Assembly: GCA_963677925.2 (NCBI GenBank)
Contig: CAXXYH010000003.1
Coordinates: 736,001-800,000, forward strand
DNA length: 64,000 bases
Direction: 5' to 3'
Origin: Spirochaetia bacterium
GTDB lineage: Bacteria > Spirochaetota > Spirochaetia > UBA9216
Part shown: positions 9,545 to 19,793 of the stretch, one piece after another
Layout of the letters: every line of letters starts with the position of its first letter
Position numbering within the stretch: position 1 is the first letter of the stretch
Made by a program: the position numbers and the translations under genes
The notes under the pieces: model-generated
Database searches by the model: none
Told to the model about the DNA's origin: nothing
What the model saw: only the letters and a program-made list of their open reading frames with translations

Positions 9545-11655
9545 TTCTTTATAAATTCCGTCCAAATTCTTGGTTTAGCAATCTTCATCCTGAGATCGCA
9601 CTGCAGGCAGCGTGCAGATTCTTCAGTCGCATTGCAGCTTGAAAATCCAAGATCAACCCTGGCAAAACTGCCGACCCGGGCTTCTGCCGGAGCAAGATCT
9701 GTATGTTTTCTCATTTCAAGAGCAAAGCCTTCTATCTGTCCGATATTATCTTCAGCCGGTTCCTGCTCAAGCAGCACTTCACCAACAGCACCGTCTCCAC
9801 CGAGATAGATATCTATGGCAGATGCAGCATCCTTACCTCTTGCGATTCCCTCGATAACAAACTTTGTACCGCTGACAACATCTCCGGCGGCAAACACGCC
9901 TTCGACGCTTGTTTCATATTTACCCGGCTTAACATCAATAAAACCGAAGGGGGTAAGTTCCAGGCCGAATGACTCATCGATATCTGTTTTCTGTCCGGTT
10001 GCAAAAATAATTGTATCTGCAGGTATAACAGATTCAGAATCAGGAGCAATGTCCATAACAAGCTTTCTTTCTGCATCAAAGTGAAAACTGTTAACTCCTG
10101 CACTTCTTATTCCTGAAGGTCTTCCGTCTTTTTCTTCTATGGCAATCATCGTACGGGAATTATGAATTTTAACTCCTTCCTCCCGGCCCTGTACTATTTC
10201 TTCCTCATCGGCGAGCATTTTTCCATCGGCCTCAAGGCAGACCATATTGACATCTTCAATTCCGAGCCTTCTGCAGACCCTGGCAATATCAAAGGCAACG
10301 TTTCCGCCTCCGAGTACAGCAACACTGTTTCCCAGCTCAACCTTATTACCGAGTGCAGTCTCGCGAAGAACATCAAGTGCTGTATACACATAGGGAAGAT
10401 CAGAACCGGGTATACCGATTTTTCGTCCCGCAGATGCGCCGACTGCCACAAGTACTGAATCAAAACCGTCTTTCAGTAAAGCCGGAGCGTTTTCAACCGG
10501 AGCCCCGGTTTTAAGAGTAATTCCGTCAGCTACAACGGTGTCGACTTCCTTTTTGATTAGGTCTCTGGGCATTCTATATTCCGGGATACCGTATGCAAGC
10601 ATACCGCCGGCAACCGGAAGTTTTTCAAAGACAGTAACATCATGGCCGCAGCGGTTAAGAAAATAAGCGGCAGTGATTCCGCAGGGTCCGCCTCCGACTA
10701 TTGCTACCTTCTTGCCGGTTGCAGGTTTCTTCTCATGCTTTTCTTTCCAGACCTCATCGAAATCGTGCTCCGCTGCAAAGCGCTTGATGTCCCTGATAGA
10801 TACGGGATCATTCAGGCTGTTTCGCTTGCACTCAGACTCGCAGAGTCTGTTGCAGACATAACCAAGACTGATTGGAAAAGGTGCCTTTTCACGGATTACA
10901 GCTGTGGCTTCAGAATACCTGCCTTCCTTTGCAAGTCTAACGTAACGAGGTATATCTATATGAGCGGGACAGCCCACACGGCAAGGTATCTTGGCTATAT
11001 CAGCCGGAGCATCTTTTTTGAATATTCCGTCTGCATCTCTGAGAGCTCCTGTCGGACAAACCTCAATACAGGCTCCGCAGAAGCGGCAGTTTGATTCGAT
11101 CAGGGACAAATCGTCAGTAGTACCTACATAACTTTCTCCGTCATGGTTTCTGTAATCAAGTACTTTTACACCGCGCAGTTCATTACATGCACGAACACAG
11201 CGGCCGCACTGAATACATCTTTCCATTTCACGGACAATCAGCGGATTATTAGTGTTAAGGTTTATAGTCTTCTTTTTTATATCTCGCATTCTGGAATGTG
11301 CAGCACTCAGGTACTGCATCATTGCCTGAAGTTCGCAGTTAAGGTAAACTACACATGATGTACAGTCATGCGGATGACACGCCAGCATCAGCTCTAAAGC
11401 CGTAACCCGCAGATGGTGGAGCTTGTCGGATTTTGTATTTACAACCATCCCTTCGGAAGCCTCTGTCATACAGGAAAGTACTGTATCTCCGCCGGTTTCG
11501 ACAACACAGAGTTTACATTCTCCCTGGGGAGACAAATCAGGATGTGAACAAATATGCGGAATATAAACACCGGCATCGAGGGCTGCGTCAAGAACACTCT
11601 GTCCTTCTGCGGCTTTTACTTCAACACCATCAATAGTAAGTGAAATCTCTTTCAA
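9541..11655 (-). CDS. NuoG/HydA-like N-terminal Fe-S domains fused to a GltD-like FAD oxidoreductase
   Basis: 2Fe-2S motif (C..CKLC..C), HxxxCxxCxxxxxC, 2x[4Fe-4S], PCxxxCP..CxxxCExxC, GGGPCG, GGGNVAFD, C-terminal RCLQC; TTG start. Confidence 0.9.
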   Translation of the reverse strand: MKEISLTIDGVEVKAAEGQSVLDAALDAGVYIPHICSHPDLSPQGECKLCVVETGGDTVLSCMTEASEGMVVNTKSDKLHHLRVTALELMLACHPHDCTSCVVYLNCELQAMMQYLSAAHSRMRDIKKKTINLNTNNPLIVREMERCIQCGRCVRACNELRGVKVLDYRNHDGESYVGTTDDLSLIESNCRFCGACIEVCPTGALRDADGIFKKDAPADIAKIPCRVGCPAHIDIPRYVRLAKEGRYSEATAVIREKAPFPISLGYVCNRLCESECKRNSLNDPVSIRDIKRFAAEHDFDEVWKEKHEKKPATGKKVAIVGGGPCGITAAYFLNRCGHDVTVFEKLPVAGGMLAYGIPEYRMPRDLIKKEVDTVVADGITLKTGAPVENAPALLKDGFDSVLVAVGASAGRKIGIPGSDLPYVYTALDVLRETALGNKVELGNSVAVLGGGNVAFDIARVCRRLGIEDVNMVCLEADGKMLADEEEIVQGREEGVKIHNSRTMIAIEEKDGRPSGIRSAGVNSFHFDAERKLVMDIAPDSESVIPADTIIFATGQKTDIDESFGLELTPFGFIDVKPGKYETSVEGVFAAGDVVSGTKFVIEGIARGKDAASAIDIYLGGDGAVGEVLLEQEPAEDNIGQIEGFALEMRKHTDLAPAEARVGSFARVDLGFSSCNATEESARCLQCDLRMKIAKPRIWTEFIKK

Positions 11656-11877
11656 GAAAATTACTCCTGGTAAAATTAGTTGTGTCTTTTAAAGGATGAT
11701 AAATGATATCAAACATTACTTGTGTTGGTAAGCTGCAATTCTTTAGATCACACAATCAGTTTTATACTTTCAATTACCCCGTACTTGATACAATTATGAA
11801 TGTCCGATCTATAATACTGAAGATGGTGTTCTGTGCTTTTATAAAGTATTATAAGTAAAGGAATAACAGTAACAACA

Positions 11878-13251
11878 ATGAGTATCTACAATACAGAAGC
11901 CATTTCCCGCCTGATGAGAAATTCAGCGGCAGAGAAGAACCAGCTTAGTATCACAACACTTTGCGACAGTAAGTGCATCTACTGCGGTCAGAAGCAGGAT
12001 TTTACTGATTTCCAGTCAGTACGAAACGGGCATAAGGATATTACAGCAATCCGAAACAGTATTGCTCAGCTTGATCCGGAAATTCCGATTTCAATAGGAC
12101 AGTCGGATATCCTTGTAACTGAAGGAGAACCATTTCTGCACCCGGATTTCAGAAAGATAATAAGGCATATACGGGATATACACCCTGCCGCCCCGATTGA
12201 GATTACAACAAACGGACATTTTCTGACAGCTGATAATATTAACTTTCTTAATGATATGGGTGATGTTTATATCAAGGTCATTATTAACAGTTCTGAATCC
12301 TATATCAGAAAATCTGTCATGGGTGATCATGAGCTTCTCTCTGAAAATACAATTAACGGAATTATTCTTCTCGGTGAATCAGAGATTACTTACAGCGGAA
12401 TAATAATAGCCGTACCCGAGCTGATTGACGAAGAACAGCTGCTTCAGACAGCTTTATTCCTTGACGCTAATAGAGCTGATAAAATAGAAATCAGCCTGCC
12501 TTTATGCTCCGCTTTTATTGAACGTAACCTTTTTCCTGAGCTGCGGAAAGTATACTGTGAGCTCCGTTCTAAAATAAAAAATATTTCCTCTCGGATAAAT
12601 ACCCCTATAAACCTGGCGTCAGAACTGATACAGGATTTACTTCCTGTTGTCACCGGGGTAGTTAAAAACGCTCCGGCCTGGGACGCAGGAATCAGAACCG
12701 GTGACATTATTCTGGCTGTAAACGGAAAGATTCCTTTATGCAGAGAAGATGCTTTCAATATGCTCTCTATACCGGGACCTGTAGAAGCTGCTGTAAAATG
12801 TGATGAATCAGTGGAAACTCTCAAATGGTCAAACCCATATCAGTATTGTTCAGGAATTATAATGGAAAATGACTTCAGCCCAAACCGGGCTGAATATATC
12901 CGGATGGCAGTTGAAAAAAACAAGGGTAAATCACTTCTGCTGTGTTCAGAGACAGGGTTCGGAATCCTCTCTGCTGTTTTAAAAAAGCTTAAGCTGAAAC
13001 AGGATGACGCTCAGGCAGTTCTTGTTTCCTGCGAAAGATCTGACAGCCTTATCGCAACAGATAAGATTCTCAGCATCGACGACTATGAAAATGCCTATAG
13101 GATGTTTATGGCTGATTCCGTTGAAAAAGCTAATCAAATCACTCAGCTGATTCTGCCTCAGGAAAGTTTTGATTCTGAAGGCTATGATTATAATATGCTG
13201 GATTTCATGGATCTTGAATCAAGAACCGGATTGAAGGTTACAGTAATTTGA
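11878..13251 (+). CDS. Radical SAM protein with internal PDZ domain (DUF512-like)
   Basis: CDSKCIYC (CxxxCxxC), GEPFLHP, ITTNG; PDZ signature V..NAPAWDAGIRTGDIILAVNG. Confidence 0.8.
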   Translation: MSIYNTEAISRLMRNSAAEKNQLSITTLCDSKCIYCGQKQDFTDFQSVRNGHKDITAIRNSIAQLDPEIPISIGQSDILVTEGEPFLHPDFRKIIRHIRDIHPAAPIEITTNGHFLTADNINFLNDMGDVYIKVIINSSESYIRKSVMGDHELLSENTINGIILLGESEITYSGIIIAVPELIDEEQLLQTALFLDANRADKIEISLPLCSAFIERNLFPELRKVYCELRSKIKNISSRINTPINLASELIQDLLPVVTGVVKNAPAWDAGIRTGDIILAVNGKIPLCREDAFNMLSIPGPVEAAVKCDESVETLKWSNPYQYCSGIIMENDFSPNRAEYIRMAVEKNKGKSLLLCSETGFGILSAVLKKLKLKQDDAQAVLVSCERSDSLIATDKILSIDDYENAYRMFMADSVEKANQITQLILPQESFDSEGYDYNMLDFMDLESRTGLKVTVI

Positions 13252-15467
13252 ATGACAGAAGCTGGATTAAGCATGAAAACGGCTATACGGTAGTACGAAG
13301 CACCGCAAGAACAGCTCCGGGCTGCCATCAGGGATGCGGCGTACTGCTTTACACCAGAGACGGCAAACTTGAAAAAGTGCGAGGAAATCCGGAATTCCCT
13401 TTCAGCGAAGGAAAGATATGCCCCAGATGTTCTGTCCTGCCTGAAGTTGTTTATCATCCGGACAGAATTCTCCACCCTCTAAAAAGAGCAGGTAGAAAGG
13501 GAGAAGACTGCTGGGAACAGATCAGCTGGGACGAAGCATACACAATAATTGCAGATAAATTTAATTCATACAAAGCCGAATTCGGAGCGGAATCGGTCAT
13601 TTTCTGTACAGGAACACAAAGAGACATAGCCTCATACATGAACAGGATGGCTACGGCTTTTGGAAGCCCGCATACACTCTCTTTCGGACCTCTGCTCGGC
13701 CATGCCTGCTTTGTCCCCAGAATAGCTGCATCTATGTTCACCTGCGGTGGGTTTCCGGTTGCAGACTGCTCCCAGTATTTCGAGGATCGCTGGGATAATC
13801 CTGAATGGAAACGGCCTGAAACCATTATAATCTGGGGGAAGTCTCCCGCCCAGTCCAATTCGGATGGATTTCTGGGAAGCTGGATAAGCAGGTGCCTGAA
13901 GATGGGCAGCAGGATGATAGTGATTGACCCGAGAAAAACTGTTACGGCGTCAAAGGCGGACAGCTGGCTACAGCTGCGCCCCGGAACCGACGGGGCACTG
14001 GCTATGGGGTTTCTCCATGTTATTATCAAAGAGAAGCTATATGACGACGATTTTGTTGAAAACTGGACCATCGGATTTGATGAACTTAAAACAGCAGTTA
14101 CAGAGTATACACCGGAAAAGGCCTCTGAAATAACATGGATTCCTGCACAGAAAATAATTGAAGCCGCCCGTGATTACGCCCGGGCGGCCCCGGGACTCAT
14201 TTTATGGGGAGTGGCAGTAGATCAGTCCAAAGAATGCATTCCGGCAATACACGCAATACTTGCGCTTAAGGCCATAACAGGAAACCTCGATACTCCCGGC
14301 GGAAATGTTTTTACAGGCAGAAACTTTGAGTTTGATGCAATGTTTCGATGGAATGATGTTGAACTGCCTCCCGGACAAAGGGACAAGGCATTTGGAATTG
14401 ACGGACATCCTCTTCTTCAGGCGATAAATCTTTACAAGGGTGATGATGTTCTTGAACAGATGCTCAGTGCTGAGCCCTACCCTGTTAAAGCGGCATGGAT
14501 TCAGGGAACAAATACATTCGTCTGCGGCTCCGGAGACTCTAAAAGAACCTATGAGGCATTTAAAAACCTCGATTTCACCGTTGTTGTCGATGTTTTTATG
14601 ACACCTACTGCAATGGCCTTTGCCGACATTGTCCTGCCTGCAGCAGCATATCCTGAAAAGGACGGAATAGCTGTTACCGACGGGTCCAACTATCTTGCAA
14701 CAATTAATAAAGCCATCGAACCTCCGGGCGAATGCCGCTCTGATGCACAGATTGTTCTTGAACTTGGAAAGAAATTAAACCCGGCAGACTGGCCGTGGAG
14801 AAACACTCTTGAGATGTTTGATTACATGCTTGAAAGAACCGGCTTCACTTTTGCAGAGCTGAGAGACAAGGGATGGGCTTATGACAGTTTTTCATACAGA
14901 AGATATGAAAGAGGTCTATTACGGGCTGACGGAAAACCGGGATTTAACACTCCCTCAGGGAAGATTGAGCTGTCATCCAGTCTATTCAGGCAGTGGGGCC
15001 TGTCACCGGTTCCATATTATGAAGAACCGCCGGAAAGTCCTGTGAGCACTCCGGAGCTGTTCTCACAGTATCCGTTAATCCTTACTACCGGCGGTAAAAC
15101 CAAGGCGTTTTTTCATTCCGAACAGAGACAGATAAAAAGCCTCAGAAAAATGAACCCCGATCCGCTTCTTGAAATACATCCGGATACCGCAGCTAATCTC
15201 GGAATCTCAGATGGTGATTATGTATATATTGAAAATGCTCACGGAAAATGTATACAGAGAGCAAAACTGACTGAGGGGATACATCAGAAGGTTGTACATG
15301 CTCAGCACGGGTGGTGGTTTCCTGAAAAAGCAGCTTCGGAACCTGAACTCTTCGGTGCCTGGGAATCTAATATAAACCTGCTGCTGCCTAAGGGCTGGAC
15401 AGGCCGTTCCGGGCTGGGATACCCGTTTAAATCTCAGATTTGTAAGGTTTATAAAAAGATAGATTAA
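13248..15467 (+). CDS. Cytoplasmic Mo/W-bisPGD oxidoreductase, acetylene-hydratase/catechol-dehydroxylase-like
   Basis: PGCHQGCG...CPR, ISWDEA, IDPR, RPGTDGAL, ADIVLP, FNTPSGKIE, FFHSE and HGWW motifs; no Tat signal; TTG start overlaps the rSAM stop. Confidence 0.9.
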   Translation: MNDRSWIKHENGYTVVRSTARTAPGCHQGCGVLLYTRDGKLEKVRGNPEFPFSEGKICPRCSVLPEVVYHPDRILHPLKRAGRKGEDCWEQISWDEAYTIIADKFNSYKAEFGAESVIFCTGTQRDIASYMNRMATAFGSPHTLSFGPLLGHACFVPRIAASMFTCGGFPVADCSQYFEDRWDNPEWKRPETIIIWGKSPAQSNSDGFLGSWISRCLKMGSRMIVIDPRKTVTASKADSWLQLRPGTDGALAMGFLHVIIKEKLYDDDFVENWTIGFDELKTAVTEYTPEKASEITWIPAQKIIEAARDYARAAPGLILWGVAVDQSKECIPAIHAILALKAITGNLDTPGGNVFTGRNFEFDAMFRWNDVELPPGQRDKAFGIDGHPLLQAINLYKGDDVLEQMLSAEPYPVKAAWIQGTNTFVCGSGDSKRTYEAFKNLDFTVVVDVFMTPTAMAFADIVLPAAAYPEKDGIAVTDGSNYLATINKAIEPPGECRSDAQIVLELGKKLNPADWPWRNTLEMFDYMLERTGFTFAELRDKGWAYDSFSYRRYERGLLRADGKPGFNTPSGKIELSSSLFRQWGLSPVPYYEEPPESPVSTPELFSQYPLILTTGGKTKAFFHSEQRQIKSLRKMNPDPLLEIHPDTAANLGISDGDYVYIENAHGKCIQRAKLTEGIHQKVVHAQHGWWFPEKAASEPELFGAWESNINLLLPKGWTGRSGLGYPFKSQICKVYKKID

Positions 15468-15472
15468 AAAGC

Positions 15473-17023
15473 TTAGTAACCGCCGGATGGTCTTCCGGAG
15501 TTTTTCAAATAGTTGCCGGGAGTGATTCCCTCATAGCGCTTGAAAGCCCGGCTCATGGTGAGCGGATTACAGTATCCTACTATACTGGCGGCGTCCTTTA
15601 CACTGATGCCCTTGGCCATAAGTTTCTTGGCACTCTTCATTCTGAGCTTATGTATGTAATCAAGAGGTGAGATTCCGGTATATTTTTTGAATACTCTTGC
15701 GTAATAAGCGGAGTTAATTTCAAAATGGTTCGCGATCGCTGTGACATTTATATCCGGATCATTGTAATGTTTATCAATGTAGGACAAAGTATTCTCAAAC
15801 CACGAAGGCGGAAGTTCCTTATTCTTGTTTGAGAAATAATCAATAATAGCGTCAAAAATCATTATAAGCTGATCATGCAGTTCATCGAAGGTACCGCATG
15901 TAACAACCCTGGTAGTAGGATCCAGCTGCCTCATGAAATCTTCATCAATATCCTCTTTGATTAGTCCCATAGCATTTATCGCAGCATCGATTACTCCGTA
16001 AAGTCTGCACCGTGCCAGCAGAAGTGATGGATATTCACGTGAATAATCGTTTGTTATAAGTTCGGTAATTAAGGTTTTTGCATTCTCGAAGTCGCCGACC
16101 TGTATGCTGGTTATCAGTCTGCGGACTTCATCAAACTTATGGTAAGTAGCACCGAATTTGTACCAGCTGTCATGACTGACGTAATAATCAGTATATCGTA
16201 TTATTCGTGAATTATTCCCGGTGATGTACTTGTACTCAAAAGTACCGTACACCTCCTTATAAGTCTTTGGCAGATCATTGTAGCCGTCATGAAGTTCACT
16301 TATTACAGCAGAAAGGTAAACACCGTATTTTTCTTCCATAAACCGAAAAACTTTATTGGCAAAATTTTCTGCGATATCCTTATTTCTTTCAGCCTCATCT
16401 TTGTTGGAAGTGAAAGGCAGGTTGAAAACCGCTATATTGATATCTTCCAAATCAAGAACATATCCTGTCAGTTCAGCCGGAAGATTATCTTTCAGACTCT
16501 TACTTATTATTTCAGTTCGAACTTCATAATTAAGAGGATCCTCCTCCTTATGCACATCAAAACCTACAAGCAGGAAACCTGTTTCCGGGAAAAAGACATC
16601 ATATTCTTCCAGTTTTTTTAAAACAAGACTCAAATCCAGATCCAGACCTTTAAACAGCCTTATAAAATGTACATCTCTATCGATTAGGTTGAGTCTTTCC
16701 GCGTGGCTGTCCAGTTTTTCAAGCGAGTCTTCAAGAGTCTGACCGAGTTGCTCGATCCCTTCTATCTTAATAGATCTAGCCCCGAGTTTATTTACCAGCC
16801 TGCGCATTATTATTCTGGAATTCTGATATTTGATAGACTGCCGGAAAAAGATCATCATTATTCCTGCAAAGACGGCGGCCTGTACTACCGACAGAATCAG
16901 AAAAACAGAGACACTGAAGGAATTGAAAGCAAGCAGCGAGACGAGGACAAAGCAAATAAAGTAAAGTAGCAATCCGACTGTATATAGTATTCTGCTTTTT
17001 TTTATTGAATCAATTTTCAGCAA
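15473..17023 (-). CDS. Membrane-anchored AraC-family regulator
   Basis: Two N-terminal hydrophobic helices; C-terminal AraC HTH (FKKYTGISP..YI...R, VGY......RAFKRYEGITPG). Confidence 0.85.
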   Translation of the reverse strand: MLKIDSIKKSRILYTVGLLLYFICFVLVSLLAFNSFSVSVFLILSVVQAAVFAGIMMIFFRQSIKYQNSRIIMRRLVNKLGARSIKIEGIEQLGQTLEDSLEKLDSHAERLNLIDRDVHFIRLFKGLDLDLSLVLKKLEEYDVFFPETGFLLVGFDVHKEEDPLNYEVRTEIISKSLKDNLPAELTGYVLDLEDINIAVFNLPFTSNKDEAERNKDIAENFANKVFRFMEEKYGVYLSAVISELHDGYNDLPKTYKEVYGTFEYKYITGNNSRIIRYTDYYVSHDSWYKFGATYHKFDEVRRLITSIQVGDFENAKTLITELITNDYSREYPSLLLARCRLYGVIDAAINAMGLIKEDIDEDFMRQLDPTTRVVTCGTFDELHDQLIMIFDAIIDYFSNKNKELPPSWFENTLSYIDKHYNDPDINVTAIANHFEINSAYYARVFKKYTGISPLDYIHKLRMKSAKKLMAKGISVKDAASIVGYCNPLTMSRAFKRYEGITPGNYLKNSGRPSGGY

Positions 17024-17134
17024 ACTGGATAAAACTCCTTAGAACAATCTGCAGTATTTATTATAATCCAGAATGAGGTATTAACAAGTTATTTTAATAA
17101 CTTCAAACGAATTAAAACTGCATAACAAATGAAA

Positions 17135-17168
17135 AATAAAAAAATACCGGACTATTTCAGTCCGGTAT
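17135..17168 (-). terminator. Intrinsic terminator of the acyl-CoA operon
   Basis: ATACCGGACT/AGTCCGGTAT stem preceded by an A tract (U tract on the minus strand). Confidence 0.75.
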
Positions 17169-17182
17169 CTATTATGCAGTAA

Positions 17183-17851
17183 TCAGTCGAGATTTACAAT
17201 CTTAAAATCATCAGCTTTTACAACATCAGCATCAGTTGATTCAAGAACAAATTCTGCGGTATATGGAGCAAAAACTTCTTTCATAATGAATTTTCCGCCC
17301 TCAATTTTGAAGACTCCGACATCTGTAACAAGATAGTCTACCTGGTTTACAGCAGTCAGAGGAAGAGTACACTCTTTAAGGAGCTTTGATGTTCCGCTTT
17401 TTTCAAAGTGAACGCCGGCACAAATAACGGTCCGGGCACCGACAACCAGGTCCATAGCCCCCCCCATACCGGGAACCATTTTTCCGGGAATCTTGTAATT
17501 TGCCAGGTTTCCGTTCTGGTCAACCTGAAGCACACCAAGAACTGTGTAGTCTACATGACCGCCCCTGATTATACCGAAAGAAGTAGCTGAATCAAAGTAA
17601 CAGCCGCCGTCAAGCAGTGTTACAGGCATTCCGCCCGCATTAACAAGAGTCAGATCTTCCTCACCCTCGGCAGGTACAGGTCCAAGACCTAGAAAGCCGT
17701 TTTCAGACTGAAGGGTAATTTTCACATCCTCAGGAATATAGTTACCTACAAGGGTAGGAAGACCGATTCCGAGGTTAACCACATCACCGTTGCTGAAAAA
17801 CTGTGCAATTCTTTTTGCGATTATTTCTTTATTTGGCGTATACTCCATCAC
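17183..17851 (-). CDS. ctfB: 3-oxoacid (acetoacetate:butyrate/acetate) CoA-transferase subunit B
   Basis: NLGIGLPT, SENG (catalytic Glu), GMGGAMDL. Confidence 0.9.
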   Translation of the reverse strand: MMEYTPNKEIIAKRIAQFFSNGDVVNLGIGLPTLVGNYIPEDVKITLQSENGFLGLGPVPAEGEEDLTLVNAGGMPVTLLDGGCYFDSATSFGIIRGGHVDYTVLGVLQVDQNGNLANYKIPGKMVPGMGGAMDLVVGARTVICAGVHFEKSGTSKLLKECTLPLTAVNQVDYLVTDVGVFKIEGGKFIMKEVFAPYTAEFVLESTDADVVKADDFKIVNLD

Positions 17852-18525
17852 TTATCCCCCTGTACAAGAAAATTAACAAAAACTGCGGGAGTAATGATAG
17901 TTTCAGGATCAAGCTCACCTATTTCAACAATTTCATCAGCCTCAACAATAACAATTTCACATGCAGTTGCCATCATAGGGTTAAAATTTCTTGCAGACTT
18001 GGAATATACAACATTGCCGGCCTTATCTGCTTTTGATGCCTTTATAAGCGCAACATTTCCTTTCAGAGGTTTCTCAAGAATATACTTAATTCCATCCTCT
18101 TCAATAACTGTTTTACCGATTTCAACTTCAGTACCGACTCCTGTAGGAGTGAGAAACCCGCCGAGACCGCATCCGCCTGCACGAATCTTCTCGGCAAGAG
18201 TTCCCTGAGGAACAAGCTCAACTTCAGTTTCTTCAGCTATCATCTGACGCTGGATTTCCTGATTTAGTCCGATATGCGAAGCAATTACTTTTTTGAACTG
18301 CTTGTCGCGGATATTTGCATAAACACCGTTCTGCTTACCCATTTTCTCATTATCCCATCCGCAGTCGGTGGAAATAAGAGTCATGTCTTTTCTGCCGCTG
18401 TCTTTCAATGCTTTTAGAAGTTTAGGCGCAGCTCCGCAGCCCATGAATCCGCCGGACATTACAATATCGCCGTCGGAAATCTTTTTAACAGCTTCCTCAG
18501 CGGTTAAAATTTCTTTTTCAACCAT
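17848..18525 (-). CDS. ctfA: 3-oxoacid CoA-transferase subunit A
   Basis: GGFMGCG, PQGTLAEKIRAGG, SARNFNP. Confidence 0.9.
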   Translation of the reverse strand: MVEKEILTAEEAVKKISDGDIVMSGGFMGCGAAPKLLKALKDSGRKDMTLISTDCGWDNEKMGKQNGVYANIRDKQFKKVIASHIGLNQEIQRQMIAEETEVELVPQGTLAEKIRAGGCGLGGFLTPTGVGTEVEIGKTVIEEDGIKYILEKPLKGNVALIKASKADKAGNVVYSKSARNFNPMMATACEIVIVEADEIVEIGELDPETIITPAVFVNFLVQGDK

Positions 18526-18537
18526 TATATACTATCC

Positions 18538-19719
18538 TTATACCATTTCTATACAGAGCGCAGCACCCATACCGCCGCCGATACAGAGTGTGGCAAGACC
18601 CTTCTTAAGGCCTCTCTTTTTCATTTCGTGAACTAGAGTAACAAGGATTCTTGTGCCGCTTGCGCCAATTGGATGACCTATTGCAATCGCTCCGCCGTTA
18701 ACATTCACGATTGACTCATCCCAGCCGAGGGCCTTGTTTACAGACATTGCCTGTGCAGCAAACGCTTCATTTGCTTCAACAAGTTCAAGCTCAGAAATAC
18801 TCCATCCAGCCTTATCCAGGGCTTTTTTTACAGCCTCCACGGGTCCGTACCCCATTATAGAAGGATCAACACCTGCAACACCGTAAGAAACAACCTTAGC
18901 CAGGGGTTTAAGATTCTTTTCTTTAACATATTCACCTGAAGCAACAAGGAAGGCAGCAGCACCATCATTAACACCCGAAGCGTTTCCGGCGGTAACCGTA
19001 CCGTCTTTCTTAAAGGCCGGTTTAAGTTTTCCAAGAGATTCTGCAGTTACTCCGTCTCTGATAAACTCATCAGTATCAAAAACAACAGGATCACCCTTTC
19101 TCTGAGGAATCATGTAGGGGATTATTTCATCTTTGAATTTGCCTGCTTTTCTTGCAGCCTCGGCCTTGTTCTGCGAAGCAGCAGCAAATTCGTCCTGAGC
19201 TTCTCTTGTAAGTTCAAATTTTTCTGCAAGATTTTCAGCAGTGATTCCCATATGGTAATCATTGAATGCATCCCAAAGCCCGTCATTAACCATTGTATCG
19301 ATCATAGGACTGTTGCCCATACGGTAGCCGTATCTTGCTTTTGTAAGAGCATAAGGAGACATTGACATATTCTCTGTACCGCCGGCAACTATAAGATCAG
19401 CATCTCCGCACTTGATGCTCTGAGCTGCAGTCATTATTGTTCTAAGACCTGAACCGCAGACCATGTTAAGTGTAATTGCAGTCTTTTCAACAGGAATACC
19501 AGCTTTAACAGAAACCTGTCTTGAAATGTTCTGCCCAAGTGCCCCTTGAAGGACACAGCCGAACTGCACTTCGTCAACATCTGAAGGCTCGATACCCTGT
19601 CTTTCAAGAAGATTCTTAATAACAGCAGCACCAAGGTCTCCTGGATTTACCGCGGAAAGTGTTCCGCCGAAGGAACCGACAGCAGTTCTTCCGCCGTCAA
19701 CTAAATAAACATCTTTCAT
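18538..19719 (-). CDS. thlA: Acetyl-CoA C-acetyltransferase (thiolase)
   Basis: VCGSG, NEAFA, GHPIG and CIGGG motifs; likely start is the ATG at 19719 (MKDVYL) after an AGGTG SD. Confidence 0.95.
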   Translation of the reverse strand: MKDVYLVDGGRTAVGSFGGTLSAVNPGDLGAAVIKNLLERQGIEPSDVDEVQFGCVLQGALGQNISRQVSVKAGIPVEKTAITLNMVCGSGLRTIMTAAQSIKCGDADLIVAGGTENMSMSPYALTKARYGYRMGNSPMIDTMVNDGLWDAFNDYHMGITAENLAEKFELTREAQDEFAAASQNKAEAARKAGKFKDEIIPYMIPQRKGDPVVFDTDEFIRDGVTAESLGKLKPAFKKDGTVTAGNASGVNDGAAAFLVASGEYVKEKNLKPLAKVVSYGVAGVDPSIMGYGPVEAVKKALDKAGWSISELELVEANEAFAAQAMSVNKALGWDESIVNVNGGAIAIGHPIGASGTRILVTLVHEMKKRGLKKGLATLCIGGGMGAALCIEMV

Positions 19720-19793
19720 ATTCTTCACCTGTATTTGTAAAATAAATTGTTGTGAAAATAGTAACAATAAATCAAAAAATAGTCATTACACAA

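Noticed and set aside
9541-11655. Call as [FeFe]-hydrogenase, formate dehydrogenase or glutamate synthase
   Set aside because: No H-cluster motifs, no Mo-binding domain and no gltB partner
11749-11788. Fourth copy of the 40-nt motif upstream of the NuoG-GltD gene
   Set aside because: Only about half the positions match (core TACTTTCAA) in AT-rich DNA; orientation fits but support is insufficient
11878-13251. Call as MoaA
   Set aside because: Lacks the C-terminal CxxC...C cluster and GG terminus, and has a PDZ domain
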